Below are positions 17,612 through 27,560 of a stretch of DNA of 64,000 nt, in pieces. The stretch is taken from the sequence record PQ898399.1. One strand, 5' to 3'. The notes beneath the pieces were generated by a model. It did not search any database. It had not been told where the DNA came from and saw only the letters and a list, made by a program, of their open reading frames with translations. Every line of letters begins with the position of its first letter. The first letter of the stretch is position 1. The position numbers and the translations under genes are program-made.

Positions 17612-18728
17612 TTTTCACCTTAATTGGTTCTACTGGACTTAAGTTCTGTCCGTTAGTAAACATGTATAATGTAGTTATTGACTGGTTGTTAGAAACTTCA
17701 TGAATAACTTCATCTACGTAAAAGTTTGTGCGGAATTGGTTTTTAGGGTCAAAGAAGTTTATCTTTTTTCCTGGAGTATATTCAAAGTTACCAACCATAG
17801 TGCACTTAGCATAACCGTCATATTGCGCCATTGTTCCTAATCGTAAAGCTTCTTCATATGCATTACGATAAGTCATTTCAGAATATGAACCTGAGCGAGA
17901 TACCAAAACCGAGTTATAACCATCGCCAGTAATAATTCGAGGGAATTGGTTATCCAAGAAGCTGTGGGCATAAAATGTAGCATTAGCCATTGGGTTACGC
18001 GTGAATTGATTAGCTTTAGTAAGCCACTCGAAATTATAAGCAAGGTCGGTGTTCAGTTCATTAATCATTTGGCCAATTTGGCGAGGTTCACCAACAACAA
18101 CCGGGATAGGCTCTTGGGCAATCATAAACGCGTAGTCCATCATGTTGATGCCATAGATATCTTCCCACACAAACACGAACTGGTCACTTTCAACAGCAAG
18201 AGATATTTCTCTAACCCAAGCTAAATAGTCTTTTAACGTACTCGTCCATGGAACTCGTGGAACGTAAGTGTTAATTGAGTTTATAGCTGGAGCAATATGA
18301 GGAGTGTCTTGGTAAATTACACCAATCATCTCTTTAATTGACTCTCCAGCATCGTTGAAGAAACAACGACTAAATTTGAGGTTGATAATCTCATGCACCA
18401 ATCCAAGTTGAATTGCGATGATGTTATCGCCTTTAGAGTCAACCGAAACCGAAAAGTGTTTGCATCCATAAATGCGGTTCAATGTTCTTTTACTGTTTGC
18501 ATTGGCCACAGAAATTTGAATGATTTGGTCACCATTCATTTTGGTATGCATATTTTTGTTATCATAGAATTGCAGCATTCCTTCATTTCTTCCATAAAGA
18601 CCATCGCGCATAGTGAGTGTCGTTACAGTTGCTGCTAATTCAAGGAAACGGTTATCTAACCAAGCATCGTAATTTTCATAGAGCTTTATGCTTAAGTTAG
18701 GAAAACCTGGACGTTGTAGTACTGTCAT
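17544..18728 (-). CDS. 27: Baseplate hub subunit
   Basis: [23 protein letters not shown]. Confidence 0.95.
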   Translation of the reverse strand: MTVLQRPGFPNLSIKLYENYDAWLDNRFLELAATVTTLTMRDGLYGRNEGMLQFYDNKNMHTKMNGDQIIQISVANANSKRTLNRIYGCKHFSVSVDSKGDNIIAIQLGLVHEIINLKFSRCFFNDAGESIKEMIGVIYQDTPHIAPAINSINTYVPRVPWTSTLKDYLAWVREISLAVESDQFVFVWEDIYGINMMDYAFMIAQEPIPVVVGEPRQIGQMINELNTDLAYNFEWLTKANQFTRNPMANATFYAHSFLDNQFPRIITGDGYNSVLVSRSGSYSEMTYRNAYEEALRLGTMAQYDGYAKCTMVGNFEYTPGKKINFFDPKNQFRTNFYVDEVIHEVSNNQSITTLYMFTNGQNLSPVEPIKVKNEFKPNTSNENNSSEPEGNKNS

Positions 18729-19477
18729 TTCTTATTGTCCTTCTCTACTAACGAAAGGGCGATGCTTCGCTCGATTGGAATCATACCCATTATACTATTC
18801 AAATCGTATGAACTTTTAACAAGAGTGTGATTGATTTGGTAGAAGCTAAAAATTTCATCCGGGTTTATCAGAAGCTTAAAGACTGATAAAATGTCTTCAT
18901 ACACGTTTGTTCTCAACTCGCAACATTTCATCTTAAGTTCAAATCTCATCGGAGTTAATTGAGTGTAAATCTTTTCAAACGTTGTGAAGTCAATTGCTTC
19001 TATTACTTGGATTTGGTTGTCTTCCGACATCTCTTTCCAAGGATACCATTGATTGTTGTATTTAATTGCTTTAATGCAATCATAAATCATTGCAGCTTTA
19101 TCTTCGTATTCCTTCTCAGGGAATTTGAAAGCTATTGTGATTCCAGCCACTTCAATAGTAGGTTCAACCAAATCCTCTTGACTGATATCAAACAGAACTT
19201 GCTTTTGTTTTTCGCAAGTCGGACAAGTGAAAGCTACTGGAATTTTTGTTTTACCGATTGAGCCAGTGAATACTTTCATGAACATGTATGGACGTAAAGT
19301 CTCAGGGTATTCACCAAAGTAATCAGCTAAAAGTTCTTTTATAATCACCTTCTGTTCTTCGTAAGTTTTATGTTGCATATCGTTACGAACCAGAAGGAAA
19401 TCTCTGTAATCAGCTACCGTGAAGGGTTTAAAACGATGGACCCCGTCCGGTAGTACACAACGAATTATATTGGCCAT
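18725..19477 (-). CDS. 51: Baseplate hub assembly protein
   Basis: [23 protein letters not shown]-terminal MIPIERSI. Confidence 0.93.
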   Translation of the reverse strand: MANIIRCVLPDGVHRFKPFTVADYRDFLLVRNDMQHKTYEEQKVIIKELLADYFGEYPETLRPYMFMKVFTGSIGKTKIPVAFTCPTCEKQKQVLFDISQEDLVEPTIEVAGITIAFKFPEKEYEDKAAMIYDCIKAIKYNNQWYPWKEMSEDNQIQVIEAIDFTTFEKIYTQLTPMRFELKMKCCELRTNVYEDILSVFKLLINPDEIFSFYQINHTLVKSSYDLNSIMGMIPIERSIALSLVEKDNKK

Positions 19478-19497
19478 AGAGGTCTCCTTTATTGAAA

Positions 19498-19509
19498 TAT
19501 TTATAAATA
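19498..19509. promoter_or_regulatory. Overlapping divergent late promoters (51 leftward, 26 rightward)
   Basis: Palindrome TATTTATAAATA gives TATAAATA on both strands. Confidence 0.88.
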
Positions 19510-19526
19510 GTCCGTAAGGAGCTAAT

Positions 19527-20156
19527 ATGAACTACGATTACAAATTTGAAGTCCAGATTAATGGCTCTGATATTCAATGCAGAGCTTTTACGTTAGAAGA
19601 ATACAAAGAGCTCATCGATGGCAAAATCAATGGAAACATTGATGAAGTAGTAAAACGGCTGATTAATAATTGTACATCAGCGAAAAACCTTAACAAGCAA
19701 GAATCAGAACTTCTGCTGATTCAGTTATGGTCTCACTCATTAGGTGAGGTTAATCATGAGAACATCTGGATATGTCCAGAAGGTCACGAAACATTAACAC
19801 CGATTAACTTTACATCTGCACAAATCGATGAACCAGAGGAACTCTGGTATCCTCTAGCGAATTTTAAACTTAAGCTTCGTTATCCAAAATTATTCGATGA
19901 TAAGAACATCGCACAGATGATTGCTACATGTATAGAGTACATCTATGTGAATGGTGAAACCATTTCAATCGAAGATTTGAATGACAAAGAAATCGATGAC
20001 CTTTACTCAGCTATCACTGAAGAGGATATTATCCGCATCAAAAATATGCTTTTAAAGCCTACCGTTTATCTAGCAGTTCCTGTGAAATGTCAGAAATGCG
20101 GAGCAACTCACGTTGAAGTGATTAAAGGCCTTAAAGAATTCTTCAGGTATCTGTAA
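19527..20156 (+). CDS. 26: Baseplate hub assembly chaperone
   Basis: CRAFTLEEY, LWSHSLGEVN, KGLKEFF motifs. Confidence 0.93.
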   Translation: MNYDYKFEVQINGSDIQCRAFTLEEYKELIDGKINGNIDEVVKRLINNCTSAKNLNKQESELLLIQLWSHSLGEVNHENIWICPEGHETLTPINFTSAQIDEPEELWYPLANFKLKLRYPKLFDDKNIAQMIATCIEYIYVNGETISIEDLNDKEIDDLYSAITEEDIIRIKNMLLKPTVYLAVPVKCQKCGATHVEVIKGLKEFFRYL

Positions 20157-20554
20157 TGGCAAATATAAATGACCTTTATTCGGATTTGGACCCTGAACTT
20201 AAAATGGATTGGTCCAAAGACGTTGCACGTGCTCGTGGGTTACGAGCAATTAAAAACTCTCTTTTAGGTATTATAACAACAAGAAAGGGAAGCCGTCCAT
20301 TCGACCCTAACTTTGGGTGTGATTTACAAGACCAGCTTTTCGAGAACATGACTCCTCTGACAGCTGATACAGTAGAACGAAATATCATATCTGCTATAAG
20401 AAACTATGAACCGCGAGTCCGTCGTCTACAAGTGAATGTTACTCCGGTTTACGATGACCATACGCTTATCGTTGAAGTTCGGTTCTCTGTAGTTGATAAC
20501 CCGGACGACCTTGAGCAGATTAAGCTTCAGTTGGCAAGCTCAAGCCGTAACTAA
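20156..20554 (+). CDS. 25: Baseplate wedge subunit
   Basis: LYSDLDP, KGSRPFDP, NYEPRV. Confidence 0.96.
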   Translation: MANINDLYSDLDPELKMDWSKDVARARGLRAIKNSLLGIITTRKGSRPFDPNFGCDLQDQLFENMTPLTADTVERNIISAIRNYEPRVRRLQVNVTPVYDDHTLIVEVRFSVVDNPDDLEQIKLQLASSSRN

Positions 20555-20581
20555 TCGCTTTCATTTCAAGATGGTTATAAT
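20553..20581 (+). promoter_or_regulatory. Probable middle promoter for uvsY (ori(uvsY) position in T4)
   Basis: Degenerate MotA box AATCGCTTTC, 13 nt, TATAAT 20576-20581. Confidence 0.55.
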
Positions 20582-20630
20582 GGTTTTGAGTTCCTTGCTA
20601 GAGTAACAAATTGAACAAAGAAAGGTGATT

Positions 20631-21044
20631 ATGAAGCTTGAAGATTTACAGGAAGAGTTGAAACAAGATTTGATTATTGATTCAACTAAATTGCAGTATG
20701 AAGCAGCTAATAATCCAGTTCTTTATGGTAAATGGTTGACAAAATTGTCTGCTATTCGTAAAGAAATGCTTCGCATCGAAGCTTCGAAGAAGTCCGCGTT
20801 AAAGCAGAAGTTGGATTATTACACAGGCAGAGGCGATGGTGACGAGTTCAGCATGGACCGTTATGAAAAGTCCGAAATGAAGACTGTTCTGTCTGCTGAT
20901 AAAGAAGTTCTTCGTATTGATACAAGTTTGCAATATTGGGGGATTTTGTTGGAGTTCTGTCGTGATGCGATGGATGCTATCAAATCTCGTGGATTCTCAA
21001 TCAAGCATATTATTGATATGCGTAGGTTTGAAGCAGGTGACTAA
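20631..21044 (+). CDS. uvsY: Recombination mediator UvsY
   Basis: MKLEDLQEEL, KLDYYTGRGDG, AIKSRGFSIK. Confidence 0.97.
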   Translation: MKLEDLQEELKQDLIIDSTKLQYEAANNPVLYGKWLTKLSAIRKEMLRIEASKKSALKQKLDYYTGRGDGDEFSMDRYEKSEMKTVLSADKEVLRIDTSLQYWGILLEFCRDAMDAIKSRGFSIKHIIDMRRFEAGD

Positions 21045-21077
21045 TAAATAGAATTGTTAATAACTGAGGAGACAATC

Positions 21078-21245
21078 ATGTCTGAAAAGATTTGTGCTGT
21101 CTGTAAGCAACCGATTGATTCGGCGTTGGTTGTTGAAACAGATAAAGGCCCTGTTCATCCAGGTGCTTGTTATAATTATGCGATTGAATTGCCGGTAAGC
21201 GAAAGCGCAGAAGAGCAATTAAACGAAACGCAACTTTTAATGTAG
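21078..21245 (+). CDS. uvsY.-2: UvsY.-2 small Cys/His protein
   Basis: CAVCKQPIDSALVVETDKGPVHPGACY. Confidence 0.9.
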   Translation: MSEKICAVCKQPIDSALVVETDKGPVHPGACYNYAIELPVSESAEEQLNETQLLM

Positions 21246-21272
21246 CCTAGTGTTTTATGCCACTTGTGGTTT

Positions 21273-21297
21273 GCCCCTCTTTCGAGGGGCCTTTTTA
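21273..21297. terminator. Terminator hairpin between convergent genes
   Basis: GCCCCTC-TTTC-GAGGGGC then CTTTTT. Confidence 0.8.
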
Positions 21298-21537
21298 TTA
21301 GAAGTCTTCTTCCGACTCAGAATCATCTGCAGCTTCGAGTTCAGCTCGACGCCCCGCCAAAGCATCCCGTACACTGATGTCATCAGAATCAGCCAGCTCA
21401 GCTTCTTTTGAGCGCTTCTCATAATACTTCTCAAGCTCTTTCAAACCATCTAAAGTCTGACAAGAATTAATTTTGCTCATGAAGTTATCAATCGATGCCT
21501 CGTAAATGATTTGTTCAAAAGTTTTAAGATTGCTCAT
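21298..21537 (-). CDS. uvsW.1: UvsW.1
   Basis: EASIDNFMSKI..DDISVRDALAG. Confidence 0.9.
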   Translation of the reverse strand: MSNLKTFEQIIYEASIDNFMSKINSCQTLDGLKELEKYYEKRSKEAELADSDDISVRDALAGRRAELEAADDSESEEDF

Positions 21538-21544
21538 AGCTTCC

Positions 21545-23047
21545 TCAAATATCGATTTGTTTCATTACGTAATTGAATTTTTCGTCTGCATATCTCTGAA
21601 TGCGCTCCAGCGCGTGCTTTAAAGCATAGTTCAAATGAACGTATTTCTTCTTAGCATTTGCTGATTTTGGTTTAACACCCATATCATCGATGATATCCCA
21701 TACTGTAGCAATTGATTTAGAATCATGCTTACGAAGTACACGACCGATAGTCTGCAGAACGATAATTTTAGACTTAACTGGATGAGCTAAAATAACATGG
21801 TGAAGATTCTTAACGGAAATACCAGTAGAGAATACACCGTAAGATGCAACTACAATAATCCCCGTACCACTTTCAGCCATCGCTTTCAATGCGTTACGAA
21901 CTTCAGTTGATACTTCGCCTGAAACGTAATACACCTTATCATGTCCAAGTTCTTTAATCATTTCAAACAGCTCTTTACCATGAGCAACATGTTTGAACAT
22001 CAAGAACGCGTTTTCATTTCTTTTGGCCAGTTTAACAGCTAAATTAGCTACCCATTTGTTACGACGTTTTGCACTGGTAATTACCTTGATTTCTTCTTGG
22101 TAAGTTTTACCTTTCATCTTAGTGGTGAATTCGTCTGGGTAACGAAGGAAGATTGAGTTAATTTTTAAGTCAGTTACTTGACCATCTTCCATAAGCTGGG
22201 ATGTTGAAACTGGACGGAAAATTTCACCGAACATTCCAACATACTGCATCACGTTAGCTTTACCGTCTTTTAATGAACCGGATAAGCCGAACTTAAACAT
22301 GCAATTATTTAAACCAGCAACGATAGTTGAAATAGATTTGCCAGTAGCTAAATGACATTCGTCATTCATCATCATGCCGAATTGGTGAAACCATTCTTTT
22401 GGTTGTTTAACGGCTGTCTGCCATGTGGCAACATAAATCATTGCATCTGAATCGCGCTTTGTACCAGAGCGAATACCAAGACAGTGCTGTTTACCAAACA
22501 GACGATAATCACAGAAGTCATTAATCATCTGGTCAACCAATGCTGTTGTTGGAACGATGATTAAAATTTTACCTTCGTAGTTCTCAACATAATAACGAGC
22601 AAGCAAGCATTGGATTAAAGATTTACCAGCAGATGTTGGGAGGTTTAGAATTCGACGACGATTCACTAATCCTTCAAACACAGCATCTTTCTGATACCAG
22701 TGAGGCTCAATCTTTTTACTCCCAGAGTAAATGTTAAGATTACCAAGCCAGTCATCAAAATCTTTACGAGTAATTTCTTCAGTCTCAAAAATCTTCGGTT
22801 CGAAGTAAACTGAATAACCCATGTTGTTTGCGAATTTACGGATTTGTCCGACGAGGCCGAACGGTAACAGACGGTCATAGTTCAGAAGGCGAATACGTCC
22901 ATCCCAATGTCCATAACGATACTTTGGATTGAATTTGTAGCCATCAGCTTCAAAACTAAAATAGTCTCTTAGTTCATGGAATGTGGATTCATCACACTCA
23001 ATAAACACATGACTAAAATCATGAAATTTTACATTGATATCGTGCAT
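21545..23047 (-). CDS. uvsW: UvsW SF2 helicase
   Basis: LPTSAGKS, NDECH, QTIGRVLRKH; start at MHDINVKF. Confidence 0.97.
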   Translation of the reverse strand: MHDINVKFHDFSHVFIECDESTFHELRDYFSFEADGYKFNPKYRYGHWDGRIRLLNYDRLLPFGLVGQIRKFANNMGYSVYFEPKIFETEEITRKDFDDWLGNLNIYSGSKKIEPHWYQKDAVFEGLVNRRRILNLPTSAGKSLIQCLLARYYVENYEGKILIIVPTTALVDQMINDFCDYRLFGKQHCLGIRSGTKRDSDAMIYVATWQTAVKQPKEWFHQFGMMMNDECHLATGKSISTIVAGLNNCMFKFGLSGSLKDGKANVMQYVGMFGEIFRPVSTSQLMEDGQVTDLKINSIFLRYPDEFTTKMKGKTYQEEIKVITSAKRRNKWVANLAVKLAKRNENAFLMFKHVAHGKELFEMIKELGHDKVYYVSGEVSTEVRNALKAMAESGTGIIVVASYGVFSTGISVKNLHHVILAHPVKSKIIVLQTIGRVLRKHDSKSIATVWDIIDDMGVKPKSANAKKKYVHLNYALKHALERIQRYADEKFNYVMKQIDI

Positions 23048-23062
23048 TGCCGATTCCTTAGT

Positions 23063-23084
23063 TATAAATACATTTATATTTATA
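23063..23084. promoter_or_regulatory. Face-to-face late promoters for inh (+) and uvsW (-)
   Basis: TATAAATA 23063-23070 on +; TATTTATA 23077-23084 (TATAAATA on -). Confidence 0.85.
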
Positions 23085-23099
23085 CACAACGAGGCTACT

Positions 23100-23819
23100 A
23101 TGTTAGATAAAGATTATATTGCTGAAATCGGTGCACTTGAGAAAAAAGAAGCCAAAGAAAAGCTTGCCGAGTACGCTGAAACCTTCGGCATCAAGCTGAA
23201 GAAAACTAAAGCCTTTGACAATATGGTCGCTGACCTTGAAGTCGAATTGGCCAAACTTGCTAATGAACCCATGCCAGAGCAGAATGACGGTCTTTCAATC
23301 TATGACCTTATTCAAGCTGACGACGAGGCCAAAGGCACTGCTATTTTTAAAGATGAGGCTAAAGAAGAAGCTCGTCTATTGATTGATTCTGTATCTTCTG
23401 ATGCGCCACAAGTGAAAGTAACTGATATTGACCCTCATTTTGGTAAGCCAATGGACCCGGTTAAAGGCGTTATTCTTGAAGCCCCAATCGGTGATTCCGT
23501 GATTACAGTTGCAGATGATAAAGTTCATACTATTCCAGTGACTGAAATCACTCAAGAAAAGTTTAATGAAGAAATTGTTGAGCTTCCCGAAAACTTTAGT
23601 CCAAACACACAATTGTTAGGTAAGAATCCAGGATATGTTACTCTTCCTTGGTGGATTTACCAATGGATTAAAGATAATCCGGATTGGAAATCTCGCCCAA
23701 CATCGTTTGGACACCCATCAGCTCACCAAACGTTATTTAGCTTAATTTATTACATTAAAAGAAACGGGTCTATTATGATTCGTGAAACTCGCAATTCTTC
23801 ATTTGTGACTTTAAAATAA
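23100..23819 (+). CDS. inh: Inhibitor of prohead protease
   Basis: MLDKDYIAE, YVTLPWWIYQWI, IRETRNSSF. Confidence 0.93.
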   Translation: MLDKDYIAEIGALEKKEAKEKLAEYAETFGIKLKKTKAFDNMVADLEVELAKLANEPMPEQNDGLSIYDLIQADDEAKGTAIFKDEAKEEARLLIDSVSSDAPQVKVTDIDPHFGKPMDPVKGVILEAPIGDSVITVADDKVHTIPVTEITQEKFNEEIVELPENFSPNTQLLGKNPGYVTLPWWIYQWIKDNPDWKSRPTSFGHPSAHQTLFSLIYYIKRNGSIMIRETRNSSFVTLK

Positions 23820-23829
23820 GGAAATTCTT

Positions 23830-24951
23830 ATGGCGTATACCGTATCTATTGCTCCTTTGGCTGCTTCAGCAGTCATTGGAACTACAACTAATTTTACTGC
23901 AACAACTTCTGGCGCCACAGCTGAAGGTACAGAATCGTTTGTATGGACTGTAAATGGCACACCGCAATCTTCTGTTACCGAAGCTATGAATTATATTGCT
24001 GAAGGACCCGCAGGTAGTAAGACTGTTAAAGTAGTTGCTACTGTTACTCCTGCTGAGGGTGAACCTGAAACGGCTGAAGCAGAAACTACTCTGACAGTTC
24101 AGAACAAAACTATGCCTGCGATTACTTTAACTTTGAGCCCAACATCTGTTTCTAAAGAAATTGGGCAATCTCAAGTAGTTACAGCTGATGTTACTGGCGC
24201 ACCAGCAGGAGCAAGCATTGCTTATGTTTGGAAACGTGGTGCTGACGTTATTGAGGGCCAAACAGCTAAAACAATTACAGTAACTGAATCAGCAGAAGCT
24301 AATTACACTCTGAACTGTGAAGCCACGGTTTCTGCAGCAGATTACAACCCGGCTACTGCGACTAAAGGGGTTGCGGTTATTTTTACTAAAAAGACCATGA
24401 GTGGGGTTTCTGTTGCTTTGACTCCTGAGTCTATTACAGTCGAACAGGGGTCTGATGCATCTTTTAAAGCCAACGTTATCGGTGCTCCAGAAGGTGCATC
24501 CGGAGTTTATTCATGGACAAAAGACGGTTCCCCTGTTGAAGGTTCAACAAGTACTCTAGAAGTTGATACATCTACTATCGGGTCACAAGTAATTGAGGTT
24601 TCGGTTGTTGTTTCTGCTCCAGATTATAAACCCGTTACAGTCACTACAACTGGTGATGTAACTATTACTAAAAGGGTAGCTCCTGTTCCTGATGGAGAAC
24701 TTCCGTATATTCATCCTCTGCCATTCCGAGGAACAGCCTATATCTGGTGTGGTTGGTGGGTCATGGATGAAATCCAAGAAATGACTGTCGCAGGAAAAGA
24801 TTGGAAACTTGATGACACCGACAGCGATTATTACTTGCATCGATATACACTAGCTAAAATGCTAGATGATTATCCAGAAGTTGATGTGCAAGAATCACGG
24901 AATGGACGTATTGTTCATCGTTCAGCTTTAGAAGCTGGTATCATCTATTAA
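23830..24951 (+). CDS. hoc: Highly antigenic outer capsid protein with Ig-like domains
   Basis: Three Ig-like repeats (WTVNG, WKRG, WTKDG) and conserved C-terminal PYIHPLP..WCGWW..ESRNG domain. Confidence 0.95.
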   Translation: MAYTVSIAPLAASAVIGTTTNFTATTSGATAEGTESFVWTVNGTPQSSVTEAMNYIAEGPAGSKTVKVVATVTPAEGEPETAEAETTLTVQNKTMPAITLTLSPTSVSKEIGQSQVVTADVTGAPAGASIAYVWKRGADVIEGQTAKTITVTESAEANYTLNCEATVSAADYNPATATKGVAVIFTKKTMSGVSVALTPESITVEQGSDASFKANVIGAPEGASGVYSWTKDGSPVEGSTSTLEVDTSTIGSQVIEVSVVVSAPDYKPVTVTTTGDVTITKRVAPVPDGELPYIHPLPFRGTAYIWCGWWVMDEIQEMTVAGKDWKLDDTDSDYYLHRYTLAKMLDDYPEVDVQESRNGRIVHRSALEAGIIY

Positions 24952-24973
24952 AAGGAGCCTTCGGGCTCCTTTT
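24950..24973 (+). terminator. Rho-independent terminator after hoc
   Basis: AAAAGGAGCC-TTCG-GGCTCCTTTT. Confidence 0.9.
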
Positions 24974-25001
24974 GCTTTTTCTAGAGAGTGGTATTATACC
25001 A
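24971..25001 (+). promoter_or_regulatory. Probable middle promoter overlapping the terminator T-tract
   Basis: TTTGCTTT 24971-24978 and TATTAT 24992-24997 within palindrome TGGTAT-T-ATACCA. Confidence 0.6.
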
Positions 25002-25026
25002 ACAACTTTCACTGTAGGATAAAGTA

Positions 25027-25269
25027 ATGACACCGATTGAGATTCATTTTAAGCATGAAAACGGCATGAGCTTTATTGAAATCGCTCGAGAAGCTGGCAT
25101 TAAGCCAGAAGAAGCTGCACTGCATTACGCAAAGGTTGAAGCCGCTCGGGCACGAGTTAAACGAAGAGAAATCATCGTCTATCGTAAACGCTTATCTAAT
25201 ACTGATGTAGAATCTCGTCATCAACAACTCGTAAAACATATGAGGGGATTTAATGAATCAGTATCCTGA
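25027..25269 (+). CDS. 24.3: Gp24.3-like HTH protein
   Basis: GMSFIEIARE..VYRKR. Confidence 0.75.
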   Translation: MTPIEIHFKHENGMSFIEIAREAGIKPEEAALHYAKVEAARARVKRREIIVYRKRLSNTDVESRHQQLVKHMRGFNESVS

Positions 25270-25606
25270 AAAACACCTTGGATATTCTAAGGTAGTTATC
25301 AAAAACATTCAGCATGCATTAGATAACACATTTGTAGCTGCAGCTCATGGTTATAACAAATTCCTGAGTCCGTCTGCATTTTCTCGAGCATTGGCTGACC
25401 ATGTACAACAAGAATCGAAGTTCTATAAATCTGGAACGAAGATTATGGTTGAAGTTGAAAAATCTTTTAACCCATCTGGAATGGTATTAGACTGGATGCG
25501 GATGAAGGTTGATGAAGATTACACTATCGCAAGCGGTACGAAGTGCAAATTAGTTTGTAAGCGTGATGCTCGTGGCAATAAGAAGTATAAAGTAATCCCT
25601 CTATAA
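25253..25606 (+). CDS. 24.2: Gp24.2-like protein
   Basis: KHLGYSKVV..F..AA.G; synteny. Confidence 0.6.
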   Translation: MNQYPEKHLGYSKVVIKNIQHALDNTFVAAAHGYNKFLSPSAFSRALADHVQQESKFYKSGTKIMVEVEKSFNPSGMVLDWMRMKVDEDYTIASGTKCKLVCKRDARGNKKYKVIPL

Positions 25607-25651
25607 TATGCTTAAAGAATCCGCGTGGTATAATGGTTTCACGGATTCTTT
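25606..25651 (+). promoter_or_regulatory. MotA-dependent middle promoter
   Basis: ATATGCTTAA 25606-25615, TATAAT 25629-25634; 10-bp inverted repeat around the -10. Confidence 0.75.
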
Positions 25652-25720
25652 CTAGTACATACGCTTGACCATAGAAGGATAGAACCCTCCCTAATTATTG
25701 ATATTTATACGGTGATTATA

Positions 25721-25969
25721 ATGAGTCTAGCTCAAGAATACAGAGCATTGGCGCAGGGTGTGCGTGATGAACTACCAGAAGATATTAAAGCTCATATTAA
25801 AGATAACCTGCGGAACGCAGCACAACGTGGTAAGTTTGAAACGTTTTATATTGTTCCAGAAAAATGGAGCAATAATGTAGAAGCTATGAAAGTATTCTTT
25901 TCTAAAAATGGCTTCTCATATGAGTTCAATGCTGACTATCAAGGTCAGTCTTTCAAAATTAAATTCTAA
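25721..25969 (+). CDS. Hypothetical protein, 82 aa
   Basis: GGTG SD, ATG 25721; phage-like codon use. Confidence 0.75.
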   Translation: MSLAQEYRALAQGVRDELPEDIKAHIKDNLRNAAQRGKFETFYIVPEKWSNNVEAMKVFFSKNGFSYEFNADYQGQSFKIKF

Positions 25970-25977
25970 GGTGAAAT

Positions 25978-26982
25978 ATGTTTGAGAAATATTCAACGCT
26001 CGAGAACCACTACAACGGTAAATTCATTGAGCGTATTCGTAATGCTGGTTTTGATGTCTCTGAAACTTGGGTAGCGCGTGAGAAAATTCACGGCACTAAC
26101 TTCTCTGTTATCGTAACTAAAGATTCAATTCAGCCTGCTAAGCGTACTGGCCCTATTCTGCCAGCAGAAGACTTCTTTGGCTATATGGTTATCATGGGTC
26201 GTTATAATGAGTCCTTTAAAGCTGTTCAAGCTGCACTGACTGGAGCTACTGTAGCTTATCAAATCTTTGGTGAATTTGCCGGTGGCGGAATTCAGAAAGG
26301 TGTTGATTACGGTGAAAAAGACTTCTATGTCTTTGATATTAAAGTGACTACCGAATCCGGTGAATCGTCTTATGTTGATGATTTTATGATGGAACGCATG
26401 TGTAATGTCTTTGGGTTTAAAATGGCTCCACTGCTGGGTCGTGGTAAATTCGATGACTTGATTCAAATTCCTAATATGTTGGATGTTGTAGTTAATCGCT
26501 ATAATCAAGCTATTGAAGCTCACGGTCTTGAAGAAGCCAATACTATGCCATTCCAGGCGGTTGTTTCGGAAAGCAACATCGCTGAAGGCTACGTTCTGAA
26601 ACCATGCTATCCTAAATTCTTCCCTAATGGTTCTCGTGTAGCTATCAAATGCAAGAACTCCAAGTTCTCTGAGAAAGCTAAATCCGATAAGCCTATTAAA
26701 GCTAAGGTTGAACTGACTGATGCTGATAAGGTAGCTTTCTCCACCCTGGCAGCTTATGCTACTCTGAACCGAGTCAATAACGTTATCAGTAAGATTGGTC
26801 AAGTTGGTCCAAAAGACTTTGGCAAAGTTATGGGTCTTACTGTCCAGGACATTCTGGAAGAAGCTGGTCGTGAAGAAATCTTCATTACCGATGCAGACAA
26901 TCCTGATGTAGTCAAGAAAGAGCTTGTCAATTACGTGCAAGGCGTAATTCGTCCGGTTTGGATTGAACTGGTAAGTAACTAA
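25978..26982 (+). CDS. rnlB: RNA ligase 2
   Basis: 334 aa; [32 protein letters not shown]. Confidence 0.98.
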   Translation: MFEKYSTLENHYNGKFIERIRNAGFDVSETWVAREKIHGTNFSVIVTKDSIQPAKRTGPILPAEDFFGYMVIMGRYNESFKAVQAALTGATVAYQIFGEFAGGGIQKGVDYGEKDFYVFDIKVTTESGESSYVDDFMMERMCNVFGFKMAPLLGRGKFDDLIQIPNMLDVVVNRYNQAIEAHGLEEANTMPFQAVVSESNIAEGYVLKPCYPKFFPNGSRVAIKCKNSKFSEKAKSDKPIKAKVELTDADKVAFSTLAAYATLNRVNNVISKIGQVGPKDFGKVMGLTVQDILEEAGREEIFITDADNPDVVKKELVNYVQGVIRPVWIELVSN

Positions 26983-27527
26983 TGCGTTTGGCGTTAATCG
27001 GTTCTCGAGAGACGCCACGTCGTGTTTTAGATGTCATGTCATTAACTGGTCAGGCTCTTTCGGAGTCGGGCCATTTTTCGTATTCGGGAGGAGCTCCTGG
27101 TGCAGATGAATCATGGCTCAGTAGATACGACCGTGAGCGCTCATTACGTATAATACCATACGAAGGCTTCAATGGTCTTAAAACCGGAGTTGGAGTAAAG
27201 GTGTGGAAAGATTTTCCAAATGAAGTGAGAATCAGGAGTGTAATTAAAGCAAGAGAAGTGACAAGTTACTGGGATGAGTGCCGGGATATAGTGAAGACTT
27301 TATTTGCCCGCAATGCACTTCAGGTGCTCGGAGAGGACTGCCAGTCGCCCGTGGATATGGTACTATTCTATGCTCCAATAAAACTCTCTAGCGTTACTGG
27401 AGGGACACGAGTGGCCGTTGATATAGCTAAGCGTCATGGGATACCTTGCTACAATCTGTATGAGAAGGAAATCTATCAGAGATTCAAAGACAAGTACGCG
27501 CCAACATTCGATATATTTGCTTTATAA
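26982..27527 (+). CDS. SLOG-superfamily (DprA/Smf-like) Rossmannoid protein
   Basis: LIGSR, SGGAPGAD, GGT..A..A...GIPCYNL motifs; TAATG coupling to rnlB. Confidence 0.8.
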   Translation: MRLALIGSRETPRRVLDVMSLTGQALSESGHFSYSGGAPGADESWLSRYDRERSLRIIPYEGFNGLKTGVGVKVWKDFPNEVRIRSVIKAREVTSYWDECRDIVKTLFARNALQVLGEDCQSPVDMVLFYAPIKLSSVTGGTRVAVDIAKRHGIPCYNLYEKEIYQRFKDKYAPTFDIFAL

Positions 27528-27532
27528 CTACA

Positions 27533-27560
27533 AAAGGGAACCTCACGGTTCCCTTTCTTT
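27533..27560. terminator. Probable bidirectional terminator
   Basis: AAAGGGAACC-TCAC-GGTTCCCTTT. Confidence 0.88.

Noticed and set aside
26125-27018. 297-aa antisense ORF opposite rnlB
   Set aside because: Shadow frame from biased codon use of the sense gene; no SD or recognisable motifs.
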